Of a stretch of 63,159 nt of DNA, positions 36,907 to 46,809 are shown in pieces. The stretch comes from Minisyncoccota bacterium. GTDB lineage: Bacteria > Patescibacteriota > Minisyncoccia > Phycocordibacterales > UBA1550. The stretch is taken from positions 1-63,159 of the forward strand of contig JBAZWZ010000005.1 in NCBI GenBank assembly GCA_041660105.1, given 5' to 3'. Under the pieces are notes generated by a model. That model was not told the origin of the DNA and searched no databases. It was given only the letters and a program-made list of their open reading frames with translations. Every line of letters starts with the position of its first letter. Position 1 is the first letter of the stretch. Position numbers and translations under genes: made by a program.

Positions 36907-38817
36907 TTAATTTACCACATTTGCGTCATTTGGGGTAAATTGTGGATCAGACGAAATATAGGTTGTTAATGCAGGCTTTTTATCACGAATCTCACTCTTT
37001 GTAAAATCATCAATTGAAATCATATCAAATTCTCCCGTGAGTAATGGTGAGGTGTTGATATGGTTTATACTTGGAATGATTGATATCTGAAACGACGCGT
37101 CACGTGTGCCCCCAGCGGGAATGCGTCCAACATTCCAAGCAATCTCTCTTGTGCTTTCGTTAAAAGTGATATCTTCCCCTTCTGGGTATATATTGTTCTT
37201 CCAGTCTACATAAATAGGAAGTGTTGTTTTTATGTAAGTGCTGGAAACATTGTTAGCTGAATTTTGAGCAGTCAAAGATACTGTGTATGTGGTCTCCTTG
37301 TCAGCTTGAGGAGGTAGTGGCCCTGTGCTCTGAAACGGTCCCGTAAAATACAGACCTTTGGCGGCAATCTTGACCTCCGTATCAAATTTTACACTTCCTG
37401 TCGCACGCGTTGTGATTTTTCCCAAAGAGCTTGCTTCTCCTGTTTGTAATGCGCTCGCGCTGACTTCAAAAATTATTTGTGGATTCTTGATAAGCGTTCC
37501 TGAACCAACCCCCAAAGCCGTAGGCGAGAAACTGAATGTTACCATTCCATTTGCGCCTGGTTCAAGGACAGAAAGATCTTGGTTTCCTGTTTTATCCCAG
37601 ACAATAGTGTTATCGACTGATCTATAAAACCCACCGCTTGATGCATAAATAGAGTATTTATTGAGCGCAGTACCCTTGAGCTTTACCGCGATAACCGCAT
37701 CAGTTACTTTTGTATCATTATTACTCTTCCAAAATACATCCACACGTACACCCTTATTAATAGATGCGACATTATTCTGCGCCCTGTTATTGTTTACCGC
37801 TAACTCAAGTGCAAGAAACGGTTTCGTAATATTACTTGACTCTGTTGTTGCGTTATAAATAATGCCGATTTGTCGTTCATCATTTACACTCTGTGTTCCT
37901 ACGGAAATCTTAGAAACTTTGTCTTCTCCCTCTTGTCCTTCAATAATCCCAATAATCTTTATGGTGCGTTTCTCTTGAGGAGCAAGATTAGAAAGTACCC
38001 ATACATTATTGTCATAACTTGGAGCAATATTTGCGCTTATAAAAGTGAACCCCGATGGATAAGTTGCATTTACCACAAGCGCGCTGATTGCATCTCTACT
38101 GTTTGAAGAAATATCCACATCCATTTCTATCTCTTGTCCAGAACTTGCCTGTCTCGGCGTGACGAGCTGAATATTTACGGGAGATGAGGCAACTTTTATC
38201 GAGTATGTTGTCACCTTTTTAAGAATTGCATTTGACCCTGCCATACGATATTCGAGAGTAACCGAAACATCTTTGTTGGTACTTTCTTCGCCATACAAAA
38301 GAGTATTTACTGTTTCAGAAATAGATTGCCCCACAGCAATCACTCCAAAATCTTTTGACACGCGTGGGAGGTCAGTTTTGTTTGGTGTTGAATAAAATCC
38401 TGTTGGATATTCGATGAGTAGTGTCGCCACTTCAATGGGAACCTTGTTGTTATTTGTTATAGTAAATTTTGAATCAAAAGGCTCCCCTCCTGCTGCAGCA
38501 ACTGGCGCTACAATATCAATAGCAATATTGTCCCCCGAGACAATATTTGCTCCTCGCCACCAAACAAACGCAGCAATCGCAACTGCGAGAACAAAGAAAC
38601 CGATAGAAAATTTTACAAATTTTTTCATCATATTATGACGTCTTATCATGGCAGCTTCATCAAATGTTTTTGGCGGCATTTCTTCTTCAGCACTCCAAAC
38701 AGGAACCTCCGCCGCTTGCTTTGGAGCCAAAATATCTTCCACGCGATGAGCGGTGAAATCTTTTGAGTAGAGCTCTTTTTCAAGCTCGGAAATTTTACTT
38801 TTTACATCTTCTGACAT
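36907..38817 (-). CDS. hypothetical single-TM protein with a large Ig-like-repeat ectodomain
   Basis: 636 aa with a cytoplasmic N-terminus, one TM helix (FSIGFFVLAVAIAAFVWW) and a beta-rich repeat region. TGGTATAAT lies 6 nt upstream of the ATG, so the mRNA may be leaderless. Confidence 0.65.
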   Translation of the reverse strand: MSEDVKSKISELEKELYSKDFTAHRVEDILAPKQAAEVPVWSAEEEMPPKTFDEAAMIRRHNMMKKFVKFSIGFFVLAVAIAAFVWWRGANIVSGDNIAIDIVAPVAAAGGEPFDSKFTITNNNKVPIEVATLLIEYPTGFYSTPNKTDLPRVSKDFGVIAVGQSISETVNTLLYGEESTNKDVSVTLEYRMAGSNAILKKVTTYSIKVASSPVNIQLVTPRQASSGQEIEMDVDISSNSRDAISALVVNATYPSGFTFISANIAPSYDNNVWVLSNLAPQEKRTIKIIGIIEGQEGEDKVSKISVGTQSVNDERQIGIIYNATTESSNITKPFLALELAVNNNRAQNNVASINKGVRVDVFWKSNNDTKVTDAVIAVKLKGTALNKYSIYASSGGFYRSVDNTIVWDKTGNQDLSVLEPGANGMVTFSFSPTALGVGSGTLIKNPQIIFEVSASALQTGEASSLGKITTRATGSVKFDTEVKIAAKGLYFTGPFQSTGPLPPQADKETTYTVSLTAQNSANNVSSTYIKTTLPIYVDWKNNIYPEGEDITFNESTREIAWNVGRIPAGGTRDASFQISIIPSINHINTSPLLTGEFDMISIDDFTKSEIRDKKPALTTYISSDPQFTPNDANVVN

Positions 38818-38880
38818 ATTTGTATTATACCACGGGAAACAAGATTTCGAACATACGTATTGTTAAAAAGGAGCAATAAT

Positions 38881-38932
38881 AATCACCCTATCCGTATCCG
38901 ATACTATAGTATGTGATACGGATAGGGTGATT
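38881..38932 (-). terminator. recO terminator: 18-bp stem with the ATACTATAGTAT core in the loop
   Basis: AATCACCCTATCCGTATC-cgATACTATAGTATgt-GATACGGATAGGGTGATT. Confidence 0.75.
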
Positions 38933-38935
38933 GTT

Positions 38936-39523
38936 TTACAAATGTGACGCACTCAGCGCATCGTTGATCTTGGGGATAATTTCTAATCGTATTTTTTCAA
39001 ATTCACGCAGAATATCAAGGGAATATACGCTTTGTTCAAAATATGATTCATATCCTGCTAGGTTCATATAGCCCAAATGCACCAGTACACGAAAAGCAAC
39101 GAGTGTTTCAAAGGACGGCGCAAATTCCTCCTCTATTGGGGTCTTCTCCAAGAAATCCACAACACGCACAATCTCATCAAAAAGTTCTTGGTCTCTTCCC
39201 TCACCTTGAAGAAGTCGGGAGAGCAGTGCACAATATCGCGCAAAGAGTTTCATACGGATCTCATCGCCTTTTATGATATCGAGTGGTCGCCAGGCGCCAG
39301 CACTCACGATGCGCCACACCTCTTTCCCGCGCACGAGGTCCACGGTCACCAGAGAATAATCCTGAAGTGTATATTTGAGTTTTGATTTTGCTTCACGCAC
39401 AGACTGTGCGGCGCCACCAATAAGCCCAAGCTCCTCGGTAAATATTTTATAGTAGCGATTTGATTCTCCTGACGGCGTGCTGCTTAAAATTATACCGCGT
39501 GTATGATAGATATGATGCGTCAT
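38936..39523 (-). CDS. recO: DNA repair protein RecO (short form)
   Basis: 195 aa with a RecO N-terminal OB pattern (..TRGIILSS.P.GESN....FTEELG.I...AQSVRE..SKL). It overlaps the ileS stop by 4 nt. Confidence 0.8.
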   Translation of the reverse strand: MTHHIYHTRGIILSSTPSGESNRYYKIFTEELGLIGGAAQSVREAKSKLKYTLQDYSLVTVDLVRGKEVWRIVSAGAWRPLDIIKGDEIRMKLFARYCALLSRLLQGEGRDQELFDEIVRVVDFLEKTPIEEEFAPSFETLVAFRVLVHLGYMNLAGYESYFEQSVYSLDILREFEKIRLEIIPKINDALSASHL

Positions 39524-42500
39524 ATACTGTGCCCAACAAAACCAAAACCGAAATCAATTCCTTCAATTTTAGCAGGGGAACCTGCAAATCCACCTTCCTC
39601 AACAAATTCAATACCACTTAAAAGAGCACTTCTTTTCAAATCTTCAGTAAATTCATTTATAAGATCTTGCCCATCTTTTGTTGTCTTGACGTTAAGAATC
39701 ACAATGTCAGTTGGTTCAAGATTTGCTAATTTACGAAGCCCTTGCACGGTACGGAGAAGCTCGCGGAATTGTCCCTCCTTTTTGAGCTCGGGAGTGATGA
39801 CGGTATCGAGCTCAACATCGGTCGCGAGATTGGTTGACCACATAACTTCTTTAACGTTGAGTTCATCAGCAATAATCAGCGCAAGTTCTTGTGAAAGTGC
39901 TTCACCTTTTACCGTCACGGATGCAAGTGGTTGACGAACCTTGAGACCTGCCTTTGCGCGCGCCTCAAGAGCAAGTGACACAACACGGCGCACCTCTGTC
40001 ATTGCAGAAATTATTTTATCATCTGGCTCAGTAAATAGTGGCCACGACTCGAGGTGCACACTTTCCTTCTCTCCCCCAGCGTGCGCATACAAATGTTCCG
40101 CCAAAAACGGCATCACAGGAGCAAGAAGCTTCGAAAGTTCAAGGAGTACAATACGTGTCGTCTCAATAGCGTGCGCGCGGTCGGCAACATCATCAGACTT
40201 GAAGCGATCACGCGAACGACGAATGTACCACGTGGAAAGGTCGTCAACAAAGAGCCCTAGTGGCTTCACGGCTCGGTCGAGCTCGTATGCATCAAGGGAT
40301 GTAGTCATCTCTGACACAAGCTCTGCAAGACGCGCAAGGATCCACTGATCAAGAGGATTATCGCTCACATTGTCTACCGTTTTCATCTGTACCCCGTACA
40401 TTTCATAAAACGAGAGCACGTTCAAAAGGCGCGCAATATTTTTCTTTACCACTTCATCCACACCACGTTCAGAAAATGAGAGGTCCTCTGCGTGCACTAT
40501 TGGTGACGAGAGTAAATAGTATCGCACTGCATCCGCGCCGTATTTCGCAAGGACCTCACTAGGGTCAGGATAATTCTTGAGCTTCTTGGACATCTTTTGA
40601 CCATCCTCTGCAAGCACAAGCCCGTTTACGATTACATTCTTGAAGGGCGCTTTCCCAAAGAGGCCCACCGAGAGGATGAGGAGTGAGTAGAACCATCCGC
40701 GTGTTTGGTCGATACCTTCTGCAATAAAATCAGCTGGAAAATTCTTTTCAAAAAGTTCCTTGTTTTCAAACGGATAGTGGAACTGCGCATACGGCATAGA
40801 GCCCGACTCGAACCAACAGTCGAATACATACGGAACACGCGTCATCATGGCGCCACACGCACAACCAACCTGCACCTTGTCGATGTATGGCAAATGGAGG
40901 TCAAATTCATAATCTCCATTGTGGGGAAATGGCGTAAACGCGAGGGGGACCATTTCTCCCGTCTTCACGAAGTCAACCTTGCCGTCCTTGAGCTCGACGC
41001 CACCCGCGACTCCTGCACCTTCGACTCCCGTCATAAGCATCCACACAGGGTACTCGTGGGTCACGATGAGAATAGTTTTGCCCGTGTACTTTTCTTCAAG
41101 GTCCTCGAGAAACGCCATTGCGCGACGCTTCACGTCGAGAAGATTCTCTCCCCCTTCAGGGCGCCGGGTAAATTTATCTTCCTGAGAAACGAAGTGTTCG
41201 CGATAATCAGAGATTGGCTTGCCGTCAAAAATTCCCGTATCTATTTCCTTGATACGTTCGTCAACAATAATATTTTTTGCATCAAAACCAATTGTGTTCG
41301 CGACAATTTCCGCCGTCTGTCTCGTGCGTGCAAAAGGCGACACAAAAATCAAATCAATTTTTTCATTCTTGAGAGTATCAGCTGTTTTTTCTGCTGACGC
41401 GCGACCATTCGCCGTGAGTCCGTACTTGGTACTCGTTTCAACTTTTGAGCTTACCGTATTTGTCGCATTACTCTCTGCTTCGCCGTGACGCATTACGAGA
41501 TACTTATTGCCAGACTTTTTTGTGTGATCAGCAAGCTCTGCCCGAGAGCCTGATACAAAACGCTCATTACACTCACTACACTGCCACACAGGAAGAGGCG
41601 CACCCCAATAACGAGAGCGAGAAATAGCCCAATCACGCGCCCCTTCGAGCCATTTGCCGAAGCGCCCATCACGCATATTTTGAGGCACCCATGATGTGGT
41701 CGCATTTGCTTCGAGGAGCCTCTCCTTAAGCTCGGGAACTTTCACAAACCATGACTGTGCCGCGTAGTTCAGGAGTGGAGTCTCGCAACGCCAACAGTGA
41801 GGATAGGCGTGCACTATTTTTTCTTTTGAGAAAAGCGCTCCAATACCTGCAAGGTGTTTGATAATTAAAATATCGGTGGCTTGCTGTCCATCCTTCTCTT
41901 TTGACTTTGGTTTTACTTGAACCCCCGCGAAATCTCGCACTTCCTTCTTCATCGTACCATCCATCGCTACGTGCTGAACAAACGGAAGATTCTCCTTCAC
42001 CCCGAGCGCCATATCGTCCTCACCAAAGGCAGGCGCAATATGCACCACGCCCGTACCACTATCCATCGTTACAAATTCTGCGCCGTAAATCTTCCAGCCG
42101 TTTTCTCGGTTTTTGAGAGTTGCATCGTTTGCATAGTAATCAAAAATCGGCTTGTAGGATTTACCAACGAGGTCAGCACCCTTAAACTCCCCAATAATTT
42201 CATGTTCCAAATCCTTTAATACATATGGCAACCGCTCCTTCGCAAGAATGTAGAATTCTGCGCTTTTGACTTTTGACTTTTGACTTTTGACTTTGCAATA
42301 AATGGACTCTTCATTTATTGCTAATGCTACATTCCCTGGAAGTGTCCATGGGGTCGTCGTCCATGCGAGTACATACGTGCCAGGCTCGTCGAGGAGCTCA
42401 AACTTCGCCGTCACTGAAATATCGGTGATGTCTTTGTAGTTGCTCGTGACTTCATTGTTTGAAAGTGTCGTCTCGCAACGAGGACAAATGTGCATTGACT

Positions 42501-43026
42501 TGAAACCCTGATACACAAGATTTTTCTCGTAGAGATTTTTAAAAGCCCACCACACACTTTCGGTGTACCCCGCATCCATCGTCGTATATGAATGTTCCAT
42601 ATCCACAAATCTTCCGATGCGGGGAATCGTTTTCTTCCACTCAGTGTCATAGCGGAAAACCGAAGCACGCGCAGCTTCATTGAATGCACCCACGCCATAT
42701 TTCTCAATGTCAGTCTTGTGTCCGAGTCCGAGCTCTTGCTCAATGAGGTTCTCAATAGGAAGACCGTGGCAGTCCCAACCCCACACACGACGCACATGGC
42801 GCCCCTTCATCGTCTGGTAGCGAGGGATAGTATCCTTGATCGTACTTGCAAGGAGATGCCCGTAGTGAGGAAGCCCAGTTGCAAAAGGAGGCCCGTCATA
42901 AAAGACAAACTCTCCGCCATCCTTGGTCTGCGCAAGGGATTTCTCAAAAATCCCCTTCTCAGCCCACATCGCCTGTGTTTCCTCCTCGCGGCGCGCAATA
43001 TCAGATTTTTTTACATCTTCATCCAT
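39520..43026 (-). CDS. ileS: isoleucine--tRNA ligase (type 2) carrying an internal histidine-phosphatase domain
   Basis: HIGH (PHYGHLL), CP1 editing block (WTTTPWTLPGN), KMSKS (KMSKKL), DQTRGWFYSL. The ORF is 1168 aa, about 190 aa longer than expected because of the insertion at aa ~508-700. Confidence 0.95.
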   Translation of the reverse strand: MDEDVKKSDIARREEETQAMWAEKGIFEKSLAQTKDGGEFVFYDGPPFATGLPHYGHLLASTIKDTIPRYQTMKGRHVRRVWGWDCHGLPIENLIEQELGLGHKTDIEKYGVGAFNEAARASVFRYDTEWKKTIPRIGRFVDMEHSYTTMDAGYTESVWWAFKNLYEKNLVYQGFKSMHICPRCETTLSNNEVTSNYKDITDISVTAKFELLDEPGTYVLAWTTTPWTLPGNVALAINEESIYCKVKSQKSKVKSAEFYILAKERLPYVLKDLEHEIIGEFKGADLVGKSYKPIFDYYANDATLKNRENGWKIYGAEFVTMDSGTGVVHIAPAFGEDDMALGVKENLPFVQHVAMDGTMKKEVRDFAGVQVKPKSKEKDGQQATDILIIKHLAGIGALFSKEKIVHAYPHCWRCETPLLNYAAQSWFVKVPELKERLLEANATTSWVPQNMRDGRFGKWLEGARDWAISRSRYWGAPLPVWQCSECNERFVSGSRAELADHTKKSGNKYLVMRHGEAESNATNTVSSKVETSTKYGLTANGRASAEKTADTLKNEKIDLIFVSPFARTRQTAEIVANTIGFDAKNIIVDERIKEIDTGIFDGKPISDYREHFVSQEDKFTRRPEGGENLLDVKRRAMAFLEDLEEKYTGKTILIVTHEYPVWMLMTGVEGAGVAGGVELKDGKVDFVKTGEMVPLAFTPFPHNGDYEFDLHLPYIDKVQVGCACGAMMTRVPYVFDCWFESGSMPYAQFHYPFENKELFEKNFPADFIAEGIDQTRGWFYSLLILSVGLFGKAPFKNVIVNGLVLAEDGQKMSKKLKNYPDPSEVLAKYGADAVRYYLLSSPIVHAEDLSFSERGVDEVVKKNIARLLNVLSFYEMYGVQMKTVDNVSDNPLDQWILARLAELVSEMTTSLDAYELDRAVKPLGLFVDDLSTWYIRRSRDRFKSDDVADRAHAIETTRIVLLELSKLLAPVMPFLAEHLYAHAGGEKESVHLESWPLFTEPDDKIISAMTEVRRVVSLALEARAKAGLKVRQPLASVTVKGEALSQELALIIADELNVKEVMWSTNLATDVELDTVITPELKKEGQFRELLRTVQGLRKLANLEPTDIVILNVKTTKDGQDLINEFTEDLKRSALLSGIEFVEEGGFAGSPAKIEGIDFGFGFVGHSI
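40927..41505 (-). other. histidine-phosphatase (PGAM/CobC/SixA superfamily) domain inserted in-frame in IleRS
   Basis: YLVMRHGEAESN (RHG..N), SPFARTRQTA, EIDTGIFDG and ILIVTHEYP match the four signature blocks of the superfamily. It is flanked by IleRS sequence (..APLPVWQCSECNERF.. and ..DLHLPYIDKV..). Confidence 0.8.
42263..42294. repeat. (CTTTTGA)4.5 heptamer microsatellite inside ileS
   Basis: Encodes KVKSQKSKVKS within the CP1 region. The same heptamer array occurs in intergenic DNA at 5203-5230 and 56277-56312. Confidence 0.9.
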
Positions 43027-43057
43027 ATTTCCCTAGAATATCACAAGTGGGGCTCGG

Positions 43058-43103
43058 CTCCAAAAGGGCCCGCCGTTTATGCAAACGGCGGGCCCTTTTG
43101 GAG
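43058..43103 (-). terminator. argS terminator (21-bp stem)
   Basis: CTCCAAAAGGGCCCGCCGTTT-atgc-AAACGGCGGGCCCTTTTGGAG. Confidence 0.8.
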
Positions 43104-43112
43104 AGATATGTT

Positions 43113-44870
43113 TTACATCCTCTCGGGGGCAGAAACTCCCAACACCCACAACCCTTCATGTAATACTGCCTTTAAGCGCTTCACGATTGCGAGATAGTGC
43201 TCTGAATTTTCTTTATCCTCAGATACGATTTGCGTATTTCCATAAAAACCATTAAAGAGTTGCGCAACTTCAAAGAGATACGTGACGAGCTTTTGCGGAG
43301 CAAAATTTGTAACGGCATATGAAAGTTCGTATTCAAACTGAGCAAGATTTTTCTCGAGGTCTGTTGCGGGCATATCTTTAAACTTTGGCTCATACCCTTT
43401 CTCCCTCCCCTTCTCGAGGAGCGATGCACAGCGTGCGTGCGTGTAGAGAAGATATGGTCCCGAGTCTCCTTCAAATGAAAGCGAGGTCTCTGGGTCAAAG
43501 TTGATATTCATACCCGGCTTCGAGCGAAGGACGGCGATACGGAGCGCAGAGAGCGCAATCTCTGTCACAAGTTTTTTCTTCTCATCAGGACTCAAGTGTG
43601 AAGTCCTCTCTCCTGCTCGTTCTCTCACTTCTTCCTCAACAACTGCAATCACATCAAGCGCCACTGGCACACCACCGAGGCGGCTCGACATCTTTTGTCC
43701 TTTAAAAAGCATACGACCGTGAGGAATATGGATGCTTCTATCTGCGCGCGTCTTCCACTCTTCGTTTATTTTTGTTGCAGCATCGAGAACTACTTTGAAA
43801 TGATGAGCCTGTTCATTGTCAGTAACAAAGAGAGACAAGTCGACAGATCCGTACTCAGTAAATTTCTTTTCTATCAAGCCGAGGTCTTTCGCCTCATACG
43901 TTGGGTGCCCCTCACTGTTTACAAAGACGAGCGTGTTCAAATCCTTGCGCTCCTCGCTCGGCACGTACACATACGCTCCTTCACTTTGTGTAAAAACTGC
44001 TGGTGTATTTACCACAACAATATCCTTCCCGCTTTTTGCTACTTCACTTTCAAAAATCGTTTTGCCGAGTTTTGAACCAAGACTTTCGAGGACGTATTGG
44101 AAGTAGGCTGTGTTAATAGTCTTAACTTGCGCCCACGCCTGGTAACCTTCCGAGCTACTGAGTTCTCCGTTTTCTATTTCGTTATACAAATTCTTTGCGA
44201 TGTCCTTGATTTCGTTTTCAAGTTCTGGATTTTCCTTCGCGAGAGCGACGCCACGCGTGTAGCACTCCCCGAGATAATTAACTACTCTTGTTTGAGCCTC
44301 AAAATCTCCTGAAGCCAGCATGTCTTTAAATATCTGCTGCGAAGTTCCTCCATCCTTTTGAAGTACGTAGATGGCCTTTGCGATGCCGAGTGAAATGTCG
44401 GACGGGAACGCGACTGTCGTCACACGAGCGCCCCCTTTCGCCATCGCGCGCGCAACAAACTCCCCCACAATATTGTTCATAAGGTGTCCGATATGAAATG
44501 GCTTAAAGAGGTTTGGCGATGAATGCTCAACGAGAATATTTTTGCCAGAGTAAATAGTTTGAAGTGAAGTTCTCCCTTTTGAATTTTCATTTCTTATAGC
44601 CTCGTCTGTAAGCCTGAAGTTAATAAACCCCGGCCCTGCAATCTCAAGCTCTTTCACCTCCTCACTGGATGTCTCGAGTATTTTCTCCATGAGCTTCCCC
44701 GCAAGCTCGCGCGGTGAAATACCTGCAATCTTTGCATATGCAAGGGCAACGTTCGTCGAATAGTCGCCGTGGGTAATATCTGCAGGACGCTCAATGGTCA
44801 CCATCGTCGCCTCAATCCCGAGCGCTCCGAGTGCCTCACGTACCAATGTTTCTAGTTTTTCACTCATCAT
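43113..44870 (-). CDS. argS: arginine--tRNA ligase
   Basis: N-terminal Arg_tRNA_synt_N pattern, HIGH (PFHIGHLMN), MSSR-type second motif (KMSSRLGG), and a DALR anticodon-binding C-terminus ending ..RM. Confidence 0.95.
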   Translation of the reverse strand: MMSEKLETLVREALGALGIEATMVTIERPADITHGDYSTNVALAYAKIAGISPRELAGKLMEKILETSSEEVKELEIAGPGFINFRLTDEAIRNENSKGRTSLQTIYSGKNILVEHSSPNLFKPFHIGHLMNNIVGEFVARAMAKGGARVTTVAFPSDISLGIAKAIYVLQKDGGTSQQIFKDMLASGDFEAQTRVVNYLGECYTRGVALAKENPELENEIKDIAKNLYNEIENGELSSSEGYQAWAQVKTINTAYFQYVLESLGSKLGKTIFESEVAKSGKDIVVVNTPAVFTQSEGAYVYVPSEERKDLNTLVFVNSEGHPTYEAKDLGLIEKKFTEYGSVDLSLFVTDNEQAHHFKVVLDAATKINEEWKTRADRSIHIPHGRMLFKGQKMSSRLGGVPVALDVIAVVEEEVRERAGERTSHLSPDEKKKLVTEIALSALRIAVLRSKPGMNINFDPETSLSFEGDSGPYLLYTHARCASLLEKGREKGYEPKFKDMPATDLEKNLAQFEYELSYAVTNFAPQKLVTYLFEVAQLFNGFYGNTQIVSEDKENSEHYLAIVKRLKAVLHEGLWVLGVSAPERM

Positions 44871-44901
44871 ATATGCGCATCATAGCACGCAAAAAACAAA
44901 G

Positions 44902-44927
44902 AAAAAACCCTCAGCCGAAACTGAGGA
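44902..44927 (-). terminator. tmk terminator
   Basis: Minus sense: CCTCAG-tttcgg-CTGAGGG followed by TTTTTT. Confidence 0.75.
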
Positions 44928-44949
44928 TTTAACAAGAGACTGCATTTCA

Positions 44950-45666
44950 TCACTTCAAAACAATCTCGCGAATCTTCATATGAACCTCCTCCGGAGTGAG
45001 CTCATGAGGAGGGAGCGCCAGATCTTGATTGGGGACAACACACTTGATCACTGCCCATCCAAAAAAGTCTGCGTAAAGTCTCCCTGTTTTCGCCCCGTTT
45101 CTGACATATTCCATATCAGACTCGACAGCATCGAGACCAATCCCCGACCCTCGAGCACGCCTGAGCGCTCGCTCGCGAGAAACTTCGGGATCGAGGTCAA
45201 GATAAATAGTCACATCAGGTTTCGGCAACCCAAGATGATTATATTCAAGATCATAAAGCCAGTTTGCAAAGTTAATGATCTCTTCTTCTGTCTTCATCTT
45301 TCCTCCCTGGTGAAGGAGGTTGGATTCGACGTAGCGGTCAAAGATGACGATGTCGTGATTTGCAATCAAACTCTCGAGATAGTATTTGGACTCAAACCTG
45401 TCCTGAGCATAAACACGCGATGCCAGCTTGGGGTTTGCGTGCGCCCAGTCGTATTCGGCTGCGCGCGGAGACTTCATGAACTCAAAGAGCATTTTCCCCG
45501 CAAGGGTATCCTTATAGCGTGGGAATGAAACATTTCCCACGCGAATACCAGCTCTGCGAAAAAAATCTGCGAGCATCAATGTCTGTGTTTCCTTGCCTGC
45601 GCCATCAGAACCTTCAATGGCAATAGTTTTTATCTTCTTGCTTGGATCCTTTGCGTTAATGGACAT
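44950..45666 (-). CDS. tmk: thymidylate kinase-like
   Basis: IAIEGSDGAGKETQ P-loop, SFPRY, FDRYVESNLLHQ. The start is moved to the ATG at 45666, preceded by AGGAGG. Confidence 0.8.
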   Translation of the reverse strand: MSINAKDPSKKIKTIAIEGSDGAGKETQTLMLADFFRRAGIRVGNVSFPRYKDTLAGKMLFEFMKSPRAAEYDWAHANPKLASRVYAQDRFESKYYLESLIANHDIVIFDRYVESNLLHQGGKMKTEEEIINFANWLYDLEYNHLGLPKPDVTIYLDLDPEVSRERALRRARGSGIGLDAVESDMEYVRNGAKTGRLYADFFGWAVIKCVVPNQDLALPPHELTPEEVHMKIREIVLK

Positions 45667-45732
45667 TTCTGCCTCCTGTAAAATATTGAGAACTGTGACC
45701 GAATTATTTTTACCACAAAACAACCCAAAACA

Positions 45733-46290
45733 CTACTCGCTCAAAGCTAGCGTCTTTTGAATTTGGGAGATACGCTCTTCGCGCGACCCCGCAACAACAA
45801 CGATTTTTACAGGCGAACGTTTGGTAATTTCGAACAGTGTTTCGATAAAAAGACAGTTAACACGATCGACGAAAGCAGTATTTGTATCTCGCAAAAGATC
45901 GTTCACAAGAGAGACTGAAACAGCTGTTGGTATAAAAACAAGGACATCAAGCCCCGAGAGTGACTTGTACATTATCTCCTCTGTTTCTTTTAAGAATTCT
46001 TCACCAATGACCCCCTTTTCAAATTGAGCCAGCGTGTAAATATAATTATCAATCACACAACGGTCAAACAAAATATTTTGCTCATTCCCATCAAACGTTT
46101 GATGGAATAAGAAATCACGAATGGCGCGCTGACTTTCTTCAGTTGTTTTTTGATTAATCTGAAGCCCTTTTTGTTTTACAAGATCACGATACGTCTCCTG
46201 TGTTGTACTGTAAGCGGGAAATGCCTTCAAAAAATCCTTCACAAACGTAGACTTCCCTGTATTTTGTGGACCAATTACCGCAATGCGCAT
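45733..46290 (-). CDS. P-loop NTPase, small kinase-like (AAA_28 / dNMP-kinase-like)
   Basis: MRIAVIGPQNTGKST Walker A and a DR..ID Walker-B-like block. 185 aa, embedded in the pyrimidine dNTP cluster. Confidence 0.5.
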   Translation of the reverse strand: MRIAVIGPQNTGKSTFVKDFLKAFPAYSTTQETYRDLVKQKGLQINQKTTEESQRAIRDFLFHQTFDGNEQNILFDRCVIDNYIYTLAQFEKGVIGEEFLKETEEIMYKSLSGLDVLVFIPTAVSVSLVNDLLRDTNTAFVDRVNCLFIETLFEITKRSPVKIVVVAGSREERISQIQKTLALSE

Positions 46291-46316
46291 AGTTTAAAGA
46301 TTATAGCACGCCACCC

Positions 46317-46739
46317 CTACTTCCCCGTACTGCCGAATCCGCCTTCGCCACGAAGTGTATTTGAGAGTTCAGAGACTTCATATATTTCGGCATGCTCTAC
46401 TTTTTGTATGAGCATCTGTGCGACTTTGTGCCCAAGCCCCACGTGGTATTCTTCGATACCCAAATTGATGAGTCCAGCCTTCACTTCACCGCGATACCCC
46501 GCATCTACGACGCCTCCAAGCGTTTTCAAGCCATGGGTGTTCGAAAGTCCGCTCTTGTCCCAAATGAGCCCAACGAAACCAGAAGGTATCTCCATTGCAA
46601 TACCTGTACTCACGAGAACACGCTCACCAGGTGCTACGACAACGTCTTCACACGCATATAGGTCAAACCCTGCATCACCCTCATGTGCATAGGTCGGAAT
46701 CTTTGCATCAGGGTGAAGTTTTTTGATATTGAGTTTCAT
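46317..46739 (-). CDS. dut: dUTP diphosphatase
   Basis: AGFDLYA, GVVDAGYRGEV and RGEGGFGSTG motifs. The start is moved to MKLNIKKL (46739). Confidence 0.93.
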   Translation of the reverse strand: MKLNIKKLHPDAKIPTYAHEGDAGFDLYACEDVVVAPGERVLVSTGIAMEIPSGFVGLIWDKSGLSNTHGLKTLGGVVDAGYRGEVKAGLINLGIEEYHVGLGHKVAQMLIQKVEHAEIYEVSELSNTLRGEGGFGSTGK

Positions 46740-46809
46740 TGACACCAAGTGTACCACGAGCGAACTCGTACAAACAAATACCCCACAGTCTTGCGACTGT
46801 GGGGTAATA

